From Candidatus Nanopusillus sp. (lineage in GTDB: Archaea; Nanobdellota; Nanobdellia; Nanobdellales; Nanobdellaceae): 32,000 nt of DNA. Each line of letters starts with the position of its first letter. Position 1 is the stretch's first letter. The notes beneath the pieces are model-generated. The model saw only the letters and a list, made by a program, of their open reading frames with translations, was not told the origin of the DNA and ran no database searches. The position numbers were made by a program, and so were the translations under genes. Location of the stretch: contig JAPWTW010000001.1 of assembly GCA_028275885.1 (NCBI GenBank), forward strand, positions 1 through 32,000, in the 5' to 3' direction. Positions 1 through 7,590 of this stretch are shown here, piece after piece.

Positions 1-26
1 TTGTTAATCATTTTGTCAATCTTCAT
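1..26 (-). CDS. 5' end of an unidentified gene running off the left edge (MKIDKMIN...)
   Basis: The ATG at 26..24 (minus strand) stays open to position 1. A palindromic TTTATAAA box at 48..55 lies about 25 nt upstream. Only 8 codons are visible, so the product cannot be called. Confidence 0.2.
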
Positions 27-60
27 AAATTATCATTGATAAAAAAATTTATAAATGAAA

Positions 61-1332
61 CTACCTAGTGATCTTAACAGAATCCAATTCTTCTTTATAT
101 TTCTTACCAGGTCCTTCAGTAAAATATCTATATATAGGTTCTAGTTTATTTGCTAACCACTTTCCAACGGCTTTCTTTAGGTCCATTGGATGTATTTTTC
201 CTTTAACCCAATCTTTTCTCAAATCCCATAAATTATTATATACCTTTCTTTCCCCAGTTTTTTCATTAATTATCTCAAATTCAATATCTTTATATGAATA
301 TTTATATAATTCATTAGATTCTTTATCAATAATTTTATATATTTCATTCCAATTTATTTTATTTTTATTCTTTAATTCTTCATATATATCATAATTTATT
401 TTTTCAACATTTTCTATTTTATACAAATTATTTTCATATAAATATTTTATTATCCAATAATTCTCCTGATCTCTAAATATTAAATATTCAATCATTTCCC
501 ATATTGGATTAAATTCCAATTCCCTTTGAGGACAGAACGCTTTATTTATTTTATCAATAATTTCTGAAGGACTATCATGAACAAATATTGCAGAACCTGG
601 TATTGATTTAGACATTTTTAGTTCAGACAATTCTTCCTTAGCTTCTTTTATATTTCCAGATTTTAATTTTTGAAATGTTTCATATGGTAATTGTAGATTT
701 GTTATTAATTGATGATGTACTGCAATTAAATCATAATTTATTTTATCAGCATATTCAATTGTAATTACATGTGCTTTTCTTTGATCAATTCCAGCATGTG
801 CAATATTTATCTTTTGAAATATTATATCTGCAGCCTGCATTAATGGATATATTAAATTTGCAGATGGCATAGATTCTTCATATTTCCTTCCCATAATTGT
901 AACAGATCTTAATAATCTATTTAATGTAGTATTTTTTCCAATTTTAATTACCTCTGCCCAATAATCATTATTATATATCTCAGATGCCAAAACAAATTTT
1001 ACTTTATCAGGATCTCCACCTAAAGATTTTATTGTTTGTTTCATTGCTTCAGTAAAATATCCTTTTGCAATTCTTTTAATTACTTCTGGATCCCCACCCA
1101 ATTTATTATTTATTACTGAATGCCAATCTGCTAAAAATACTTCTGTTTCTGCAAAATTCATAAAATCAATTAATTTATATCCAGATACAACTGCAGTACC
1201 TAAATGGACATATCCAGATATTTCATATCCTATATAATGTCTAAAATTATTTATTTTGTTTACCTTTTCTTCTCCCAATACTTCTATTGTTGGTTTTTTC
1301 CATAAAAGCAATTTTATAATATTTTTATCCAT
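61..1332 (-). CDS. tyrS: Tyrosyl-tRNA synthetase (class I), with lineage-specific insertions
   Basis: HIGH-region 'GYEISGYVHLGT', 'YPLMQAADI' and KMSKS at aa 239-243. The C-terminal 'IHPMDLKKAVGKWLANKLEPI' parallels archaeal TyrRS (M. jannaschii '...HPMDLKNAVAEELIKILEPI', recalled from memory). It is 423 aa against about 306 aa for compact archaeal TyrRS. Confidence 0.9.
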   Translation of the reverse strand: MDKNIIKLLLWKKPTIEVLGEEKVNKINNFRHYIGYEISGYVHLGTAVVSGYKLIDFMNFAETEVFLADWHSVINNKLGGDPEVIKRIAKGYFTEAMKQTIKSLGGDPDKVKFVLASEIYNNDYWAEVIKIGKNTTLNRLLRSVTIMGRKYEESMPSANLIYPLMQAADIIFQKINIAHAGIDQRKAHVITIEYADKINYDLIAVHHQLITNLQLPYETFQKLKSGNIKEAKEELSELKMSKSIPGSAIFVHDSPSEIIDKINKAFCPQRELEFNPIWEMIEYLIFRDQENYWIIKYLYENNLYKIENVEKINYDIYEELKNKNKINWNEIYKIIDKESNELYKYSYKDIEFEIINEKTGERKVYNNLWDLRKDWVKGKIHPMDLKKAVGKWLANKLEPIYRYFTEGPGKKYKEELDSVKITR

Positions 1333-1410
1333 TATAAATATTTATAACAAAAATTTTTGCCTTTTTAATACCGATCCATAATTAAATTAATCTAAAGAAA
1401 AATTTATTAA

Positions 1411-3084
1411 TTATACTGAAAATGGTAATGCTGAAGGTCCATTTATATAGAAATTCTTCAATATTTCCCATACTTCAAAGAAATCAAATATTTCATTTTC
1501 AACCATCTTTTTTAATATCTTAGCCCTATAATCTAATATTTGATATATTTTTCTTTTATCATCAATTTTCATTAATGGAGCAATTTTCTTTTCTAATATA
1601 TAACTATTATATTTTCCAACAAACATATGTTTATCTTGTACAGAATTCCATGTAAATACATTTCTAACTGCAACTTTCTTTAATTCTGCAATATATTTTT
1701 CTATTTCATATATATTTGTTACTCTTCTTTCATACTTTCCCTTTATTGTTACAGATGTTGTAAATACAACAATATTTAAGTTATCTATAAATGTAATTGG
1801 TATATTTATTGGTTCTCCAGTCAATCTTTCTATTAATGAAACTATATTACCTGAGTGGAATGTTGTCATAACTGGGTGACCTGTTTGCATTGCCTGGAAT
1901 GCTACATAACCTTCTTTACCTCTTATCTCACCTATTAATATATAATTTGGTCTAGATCTTAATGCTGCTCTTAATAAATCATACATAGATACATCTGCAG
2001 TTTTTCCAACTTCTCTTGTAACTAATCTCTGCCATATGTTGTGTGGTATATTTAATTCAGGAGTATCTTCTACAGAATAAACCTTTGCATCGGGTTTAAT
2101 AAATGTAGCTAATGCATTTAATAATGTAGTTTTTCCTGATGCTGTTTCTCCAGATATTACTATGTTCATTCCATTTTCAATTGCCAACCATAAATAAGCA
2201 GCCTCTTCAGGAGAAATTGTACCAAAAGAAATTAATTGTGTTATACTCAATGGTTTTGCAGTGAATTTTCTTATTGTAAATGAAGATCCATGCAAAGATA
2301 TATCTTTACCATATATAAAATTAACTCTTGATCCATCTGGTAATATTGCATCAACTATTGGTCTTGTTTCTGATGCTGGTCTATCAACTATTTGTGAATA
2401 TTTAATTATATATTTATTTAAATCTTCCTCATTTTTAAATCCTCTATTTGTTTTAAGCATTCCAAATATTTTATGTACAACATAAATTGGACCTAAACCT
2501 AATATATGTACATCTTCTAAATAAGGATCTCTTAAAAATGGTTCTAAATATCCATAACCAAATCTTTCCCTAATTAAGAAATATAATAACTTATTATATT
2601 CTTCTTGATTTTTTATATATACCTTATCAGAAAATAATCTTTTTTGAAAGTCAATAACCTTATTAAATAGATCAATTATATATCTTCTTACTTCTTCAAC
2701 ATTATTAAAGTTAATGTCTTCTATTGCATATTTAACAATTTTTGTTTGTATTTGTTCTAATTTTTTCTTTTCATTATCATTTAATTCAGGTTCTATTACA
2801 TTATATAATGCTTCTCCAGATGGTAATTTATATACATGAATAAATATTGGATCTCCAACAGGATATAATATATTAAACTCTGTTCTAGTTCTTAAAGAAA
2901 AATCTAGAGAAGTCATCCATTCAGGAGGTCCTATTTTTAATGATATTTCATTAATATAATTTCTAAGATGTTCATATTTATTTAATGCTTCATTAAAATC
3001 TGTAGTTATTTCACTAGTTATTACTTTTACATTTTCTCTTTTTATTATATATTCCTGTTTTGTTTCTTGTATTTGTTCAGGCAT
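1411..3084 (-). CDS. arlI: Archaellum assembly/motor ATPase FlaI (ArlI), GspE/VirB11-type secretion ATPase
   Basis: Walker A 'SGETASGKTTLLNAL' and 'LRSRPNYILIGEIRGKEG' are typical of type II/IV secretion ATPases. It is about 557 aa. Its start overlaps the FlaH stop (TAATG at 3084). Confidence 0.9.
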   Translation of the reverse strand: MPEQIQETKQEYIIKRENVKVITSEITTDFNEALNKYEHLRNYINEISLKIGPPEWMTSLDFSLRTRTEFNILYPVGDPIFIHVYKLPSGEALYNVIEPELNDNEKKKLEQIQTKIVKYAIEDINFNNVEEVRRYIIDLFNKVIDFQKRLFSDKVYIKNQEEYNKLLYFLIRERFGYGYLEPFLRDPYLEDVHILGLGPIYVVHKIFGMLKTNRGFKNEEDLNKYIIKYSQIVDRPASETRPIVDAILPDGSRVNFIYGKDISLHGSSFTIRKFTAKPLSITQLISFGTISPEEAAYLWLAIENGMNIVISGETASGKTTLLNALATFIKPDAKVYSVEDTPELNIPHNIWQRLVTREVGKTADVSMYDLLRAALRSRPNYILIGEIRGKEGYVAFQAMQTGHPVMTTFHSGNIVSLIERLTGEPINIPITFIDNLNIVVFTTSVTIKGKYERRVTNIYEIEKYIAELKKVAVRNVFTWNSVQDKHMFVGKYNSYILEKKIAPLMKIDDKRKIYQILDYRAKILKKMVENEIFDFFEVWEILKNFYINGPSALPFSV

Positions 3085-3788
3085 TATATATATGAAGATA
3101 TTTCAATTATTAGCCCTATATTTGGTTCTACTCTAAATGGTATTAATGTATTATATATTCCCATTGGATATCTAAATCTTTTTACTTCTATTATTTTTAA
3201 TAATGATGATTCTCCAATAGAAGAAAATCTTAAATTAAAATATATATCTGCAATTCTCCTTATATTTCTTACAAAAAATTTATTTATTTCTGAAGGATTA
3301 TATGTTAAAATAATTGTTTTATCTAGATTTTTTATTTTACTTAAAAATTCAATTAATCTTATTGAGTCCATTTTGTTTAATCCATCTATTAATGGATATG
3401 ATAAAGAATCTAAAATTATTAACTCATTTTCTAATAATTTTTTAGATTTTTCCTTTGTTAATTCAAATATTAAATTTTCTTTTTCCTTTATTCTATTAAA
3501 TAAATTTAGTGTTGATATAAATAATAATTTTTGATTAAGTAAATAATCTTTTATATCATAACCTAATGATTCCATTTGTTTAATAAAATCTACAACAGAT
3601 AGTTCTGTAGAAATATATGTTGTAGTATGATTATTTGATAGTGCTCCATATAATATTCTTTGACATACTATACTCTTTCCAGTTCCATTTTCTCCTTCAA
3701 TTATAAATATACTACCCTTTGGAATTCCTCCTCCAATTCTATTTGAAAATTCATCCCTATCCAAATAAACATTAATATATTCCACCAT
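3084..3788 (-). CDS. arlH: Archaellum protein FlaH (ArlH), RecA/KaiC-like ATP-binding protein
   Basis: 'LDRDEFSNRIGGGIPKGSIFIIEGENGTGKS' (Walker A). It is about 234 aa and lies between a FlaF/G-like gene and FlaI. Confidence 0.85.
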   Translation of the reverse strand: MVEYINVYLDRDEFSNRIGGGIPKGSIFIIEGENGTGKSIVCQRILYGALSNNHTTTYISTELSVVDFIKQMESLGYDIKDYLLNQKLLFISTLNLFNRIKEKENLIFELTKEKSKKLLENELIILDSLSYPLIDGLNKMDSIRLIEFLSKIKNLDKTIILTYNPSEINKFFVRNIRRIADIYFNLRFSSIGESSLLKIIEVKRFRYPMGIYNTLIPFRVEPNIGLIIEISSYI

Positions 3789-4174
3789 TATGAGCTAATA
3801 TAATATAAAGAAGATTGGCCATTACAGAATGTTATTGTTAAATTATCACCGACATTTATTGGATAACTTATATTCAATTCTATTGTATATTGATTTAATG
3901 CCTTATATGTAAAGTTAACTACTTTATTTCCAACTTTTATCCTATTTATACAGCCTGATGGGTCTATATTTTGTACCAAATATAGTATTGAATAATTATC
4001 ATCATTATTATGATTTATTATATAATTTACTTGACTTACAAATGTTGGATTTGTTATATTTGATATTTCCTTTGCAATTATTTTTCCAGCTGAAGAATAA
4101 AAGTTGAAAAATGTACTTAATACTAGATATCCAGCTACAAATAGAATAAATAAATATATTAATTCCCTTATCAT
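3788..4174 (-). CDS. FlaF/FlaG-like archaellum stator protein (N-terminal TM helix plus a beta-rich domain)
   Basis: 128 aa with a single N-terminal hydrophobic helix 'LIYLFILFVAGYLVLSTFF' and a beta-strand-like remainder. It occupies the F/G slot of a fla operon and overlaps its neighbours (ATGA at 4171-4174, TAATG at 3788). Assignment rests mainly on context. Confidence 0.55.
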   Translation of the reverse strand: MIRELIYLFILFVAGYLVLSTFFNFYSSAGKIIAKEISNITNPTFVSQVNYIINHNNDDNYSILYLVQNIDPSGCINRIKVGNKVVNFTYKALNQYTIELNISYPINVGDNLTITFCNGQSSLYYISS

Positions 4175-4902
4175 CTTTTTATTGGTGATATATATCCTTT
4201 TTGAATTAGCTCATTATACAAATCCTTTAATCTTTCTATATTATTTGAACTACTTATCTGTGCCAATTTTGATATTATATATAAACTTACTATATGATCC
4301 ATTGGTAATAATTTTTTATTTTCTCCCTCAACATTTTTTAATCCATTTAAATATTCCTTTAATTTTATTTTTACCTTTTCAGTTATCCAATTAATTGATT
4401 CATAATAATCTAATGCATCATCTACTTCTTCTATATTTGATTTTTTAACTAAATATGCTAACCAACCAATTACAATTGAAGAAGTAGTTGGATTATCATC
4501 AAGTTTACTTAATGGTAATATATTATTTTCGGAATTTTCTATCTTATTTTCATTTATAACTTGAACATTTGATTCTTCTCTTTCTTCTTCTATAAATGGA
4601 TTATAATTTTTTATTAACATTTCATATATAGAAAAAACTTTTTCTAAGTTATTTTTAATACTATTTATTTCATTTTGATGACTTTCTACAGTAGAACTAA
4701 TATTTGAAATATTGTTTGAAATTTCAGATACTTTATTTTCTAATTCTCTTACACTCTTAGCTAAACCTTCAATGGAGTTAACAATATTTTTTATTTCAGA
4801 TGTATAATTTTGATTTACAATATTTTGCTGAGGTATAACATTAATATTTTGATCATTTTTATTATCATTTTTCTTTCTAAATATATTCGAAAATATATTC
4901 AT
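4171..4902 (-). CDS. arlD: Archaellum accessory protein of the FlaC/FlaD/FlaE family
   Basis: N-terminal coiled coil ending in 'VFSIYEMLIKNYNPF' (FlaC-like). The C-terminal 'SSIVIGWLAYLVKKSNIEEVDDALDYYESINWITEKVKIKLKEYLNGL' matches the FlaD/E domain signature (LDYYE..WI). Confidence 0.8.
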   Translation of the reverse strand: MNIFSNIFRKKNDNKNDQNINVIPQQNIVNQNYTSEIKNIVNSIEGLAKSVRELENKVSEISNNISNISSTVESHQNEINSIKNNLEKVFSIYEMLIKNYNPFIEEEREESNVQVINENKIENSENNILPLSKLDDNPTTSSIVIGWLAYLVKKSNIEEVDDALDYYESINWITEKVKIKLKEYLNGLKNVEGENKKLLPMDHIVSLYIISKLAQISSSNNIERLKDLYNELIQKGYISPIKR

Positions 4903-4966
4903 ACAATTTTTAAAATATCTCGAAATATATAAGTTTTATAACTATTCTTGATAATCATTATTGATA

Positions 4967-5596
4967 ATGATAGTTAAAAAAGCAGATCATATTAGTATAC
5001 CATCAGTAGGTATTGTAATGCATATGTTTGATGATTTTCTTATAGCAAGTGAAAGTGAAAAAAATAATATTGAGAAGATGAATATTGATATAAAAAAATA
5101 TTATATAGAATTACCAATTATCACTCCATATTTTATAGAGTATAATAATGGGATAATTATTAGTTCTAATGCTCCTGAAGAATTAAAGAAAATATTAAAA
5201 ATTCATTTTGATATAATTGAAATAGATTTTATAGAAAATTTAATAGGAAATATATTTTTAATTGGAAAAAATGGGATAATTTATTCTCATGGGAAGGAAA
5301 AAGATGTAAAAAAGATATCTGAAAAATTATCTTTACCAGCATATAAAATAAAAACAAAATATCTTTTTGGAAGCATATCAAAATTATATAATAATAAATT
5401 ATTAATAAGTCAGGAATTAAGTGATAAAATAATAGAAAAAGTAAAGGAAATTACAGGTTATATTATAGATATAGGATCAATCAATTTTGGAAGTCCATAT
5501 TTAAGATATGGGATAGAAATTAATAAAGAATATTTAATAATTGGAAAATATTCTACTGGTCACGAAATTGTTAAGGTTGAGGAGTTCTTTTCATAG
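4967..5596 (+). CDS. eif6: Translation initiation factor 6 (aIF6)
   Basis: About 210 aa with repeated pentein-like segments ('IPSVGIV', 'IGNIFLIGKNGIIYS', 'STGHEIVKVEEFF') that parallel aIF6. The track ORF starts at TTG 4961. The ATG at 4967 is the more likely start. Confidence 0.7.
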   Translation: MIVKKADHISIPSVGIVMHMFDDFLIASESEKNNIEKMNIDIKKYYIELPIITPYFIEYNNGIIISSNAPEELKKILKIHFDIIEIDFIENLIGNIFLIGKNGIIYSHGKEKDVKKISEKLSLPAYKIKTKYLFGSISKLYNNKLLISQELSDKIIEKVKEITGYIIDIGSINFGSPYLRYGIEINKEYLIIGKYSTGHEIVKVEEFFS

Positions 5597-5906
5597 ATAT
5601 TTCATTTATTTTTGCTTTTATTTCATTTAAATCTCGATTTAACTTATTTATTATATCATCTATCAATTTTAAAACATCTTCTTTACTTTTTTCAATAAAT
5701 ATATTTCTTCCAACATTTATTAATAAATTTTGATCATCCTTTATTGATCCCTTAACAAATATTAATCCTCCCAAATTTATATATGTATCTTCTTGTTTTT
5801 TCAGTTCATTAATAAAACTCTTTATTAATTCATATTCTAGTATTTTACTTTGTATAGCTTCTAATTGGCTATATAAAAATTCTAATAGTTCGTCAGAGTT
5901 TTTCAT
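5571..5906 (-). CDS. pfdA: Prefoldin alpha subunit (short form)
   Basis: The central double beta-hairpin 'TYINLGGLIFVKGSIKDDQNLLINVGRNIFIEKSKEDVLKLI' is flanked by coiled-coil helices, as in archaeal PfdA. It follows LX, as in the conserved archaeal cluster. Confidence 0.75.
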   Translation of the reverse strand: MKNSDELLEFLYSQLEAIQSKILEYELIKSFINELKKQEDTYINLGGLIFVKGSIKDDQNLLINVGRNIFIEKSKEDVLKLIDDIINKLNRDLNEIKAKINEISMKRTPQP

Positions 5907-6189
5907 TTTTAATATATTCTATAAATTTCTTTAAATTTTTATCTTTTATATCATTTTCACTAATTTCTTCAATTTTTAATATTTTTATTCTATTTCTTTT
6001 TACTTTATATACACTTCCAAATAATGAATATATTTTTTCTAAAACATCCTTTTCATTTATTCCTAATAATTCTTTTGTAAATTTATAAACAACTTTTCTT
6101 TTTGTTAAAACTCCTTCTTTTTTCTTCAAATTTCTTAAAATTTTTGTTTTAAATATCAATCCTTCAACTCTATATATTTTTACTTCCAT
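5893..6189 (-). CDS. rplX: Ribosomal protein LX / L18Ae (eL20)
   Basis: 'MEVKIYRVEG...' and 'EKIYSLFGSVYKVKRNRIKILKIEEI' match the LX signature (..GS.HKvKR..I.I...). Confidence 0.7.
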   Translation of the reverse strand: MEVKIYRVEGLIFKTKILRNLKKKEGVLTKRKVVYKFTKELLGINEKDVLEKIYSLFGSVYKVKRNRIKILKIEEISENDIKDKNLKKFIEYIKNEKL

Positions 6190-6191
6190 TT

Positions 6192-7169
6192 TTAATTCTT
6201 TGGTGATAAGGATATATATTCTATGCTTATTTTTTCTGGATTCCTTGGTGGCCTTATTGCTTTTCTTAATATTAATAATCTTTTCTTTGCTCCAATTACT
6301 GAACCTTTTAGCATTACATATGTATTCTTTACTATTCCATAATGTGGCCAGCCAGAACTTGGATTTATTTCATTATAATTATCTGAAATTTTTATTATTA
6401 ATTTATTATATTCTGTTCTTCTAAAGAATCCATATTGACCTGGCATTGGTGTTGTTGGAAATATTCTTTTCATTCCTCTTGCTCCTCTGGCACCTACATG
6501 TCTTACAGATTTACTTCTTTTTGTTTCTCTAGGTTGTATTGTTATTCCAAATCTTTTTACTTCTCCCTGGAATCCTTTTCCCTTTGTTACTCCAATTACA
6601 TCTATGTATTCTCCTTCATTAAATACATCATTTATTTTTATTTGATTTCCTAACAAACCTTTTGCATAATTAAATATTTCTTTAATATTATTTCCTCCAA
6701 TAGGTATTTCAAGTATTTCTGGTTTTTTCTTTTTAATTGTTGTTAACCATGGTTGTGTATATACAATTAATTTTATTAATGAAACTTTATCCAATATTTG
6801 CTCTGCATCCTGAATATCTTTCTCTAAATCTTCATTTGGTTTTAATGTTTTTACTTTTCTTTTAACATGTTCATCAAAATTATTAGAAATAATATCCTTT
6901 AAAGATAGAAGCCTTTTATTTGTATCTTTTTTATATAATCTAATTCCAAGAACCTTTAACGGAGGTGTTTCTATAATTGATACAGGTACAAGTTTTCCTT
7001 CTTTTGTTAAAATATGTGTCATACCAACTTTATATCCAGCAAATGCAACTGGTTGAATATTATTAATAGAAGGCCAGCTCTTAATTATCGGATAAATTCT
7101 TTTAGCTCTTACTCTTGGCCAAAATTGCATAGATACTGCTCTAGGTTTGTGTCTACCATGCTGTGGCAT
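6192..7169 (-). CDS. rpl3: Ribosomal protein L3 (uL3)
   Basis: N-terminus 'MPQHGRHKPRAVSMQFWPRVRA' and the 'GVTKGKGFQGEVKRFG' motif. 325 aa. Confidence 0.95.
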   Translation of the reverse strand: MPQHGRHKPRAVSMQFWPRVRAKRIYPIIKSWPSINNIQPVAFAGYKVGMTHILTKEGKLVPVSIIETPPLKVLGIRLYKKDTNKRLLSLKDIISNNFDEHVKRKVKTLKPNEDLEKDIQDAEQILDKVSLIKLIVYTQPWLTTIKKKKPEILEIPIGGNNIKEIFNYAKGLLGNQIKINDVFNEGEYIDVIGVTKGKGFQGEVKRFGITIQPRETKRSKSVRHVGARGARGMKRIFPTTPMPGQYGFFRRTEYNKLIIKISDNYNEINPSSGWPHYGIVKNTYVMLKGSVIGAKKRLLILRKAIRPPRNPEKISIEYISLSPKN

Positions 7170-7225
7170 TTTTTAATATGTTATTAAAAACTCTTTTAAA
7201 TTTTTGAAAAATCTTTTATTTTTAA

Positions 7226-7296
7226 GGGACCGTAGGCTAGTGGTAGGCTACTGGGTTTGGGTCCCAGTGATCGGGGTTCGAATCCCCGCGGTCCCA
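7226..7296 (+). tRNA. tRNA-Pro (anticodon UGG), no encoded CCA, no intron
   Basis: Hand-folded cloverleaf. Acceptor stem is GGGACCG/CGGUCCC and the D stem is GGCU/GGCU (two G-U pairs). Anticodon stem is CUGGG/CCCAG with loop UUUGGGU. T arm is CGGGG-UUCGAAU-CCCCG and the discriminator is A. Confidence 0.93.
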
Positions 7297-7417
7297 ATGT
7301 GTTTTTGTTACAGATCATAATCTATCTTAGTTCAAAGTTTTTGTTAATAAATTTTATAATTGATTTTTATGTTAAGACCATTAGTATAGTTTTAATATTT
7401 CATATATAATATATGTA

Positions 7418-7474
7418 TATAATGAAGATGCAAGGCATTGCTGATAAATGATGAAACATCGATATACAGATGTA
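7418..7474 (+). ncRNA. Candidate box C/D sRNA (2'-O-methylation guide)
   Basis: Order of elements: C AUGAAGA (7422-7428), 12-nt spacer, D' CUGA (7441-7444), UAA, C' AUGAUGA (7448-7454), 12-nt spacer, D CAGA (7467-7470). The flanks UAUA/UGUA can form a 4-bp terminal stem. It lies in an ORF-free gap between two tRNA genes on the same strand. Confidence 0.55.
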
Positions 7475-7515
7475 ATTAAGTATTTTAATTTTTCATCAAT
7501 AATATTTTTATAATT

Positions 7516-7590
7516 GGACCCGTAGCTCAGCATGGATAGAGCGACGGCCTTCTAAGCCGTAGGTCGGGGGTTCAAATCCCCCCGGGTCCG
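7516..7590 (+). tRNA. tRNA-Arg (anticodon UCU), no encoded CCA, no intron
   Basis: Hand-folded cloverleaf. Acceptor stem is GGACCCG/CGGGUCC and the D arm is GCUC-AGCAUGGAUA-GAGC. Anticodon stem is ACGGC/GCCGU with loop CUUCUAA. Variable loop is AGGUC, T arm is GGGGG-UUCAAAU-CCCCC and the discriminator is G. Confidence 0.95.
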
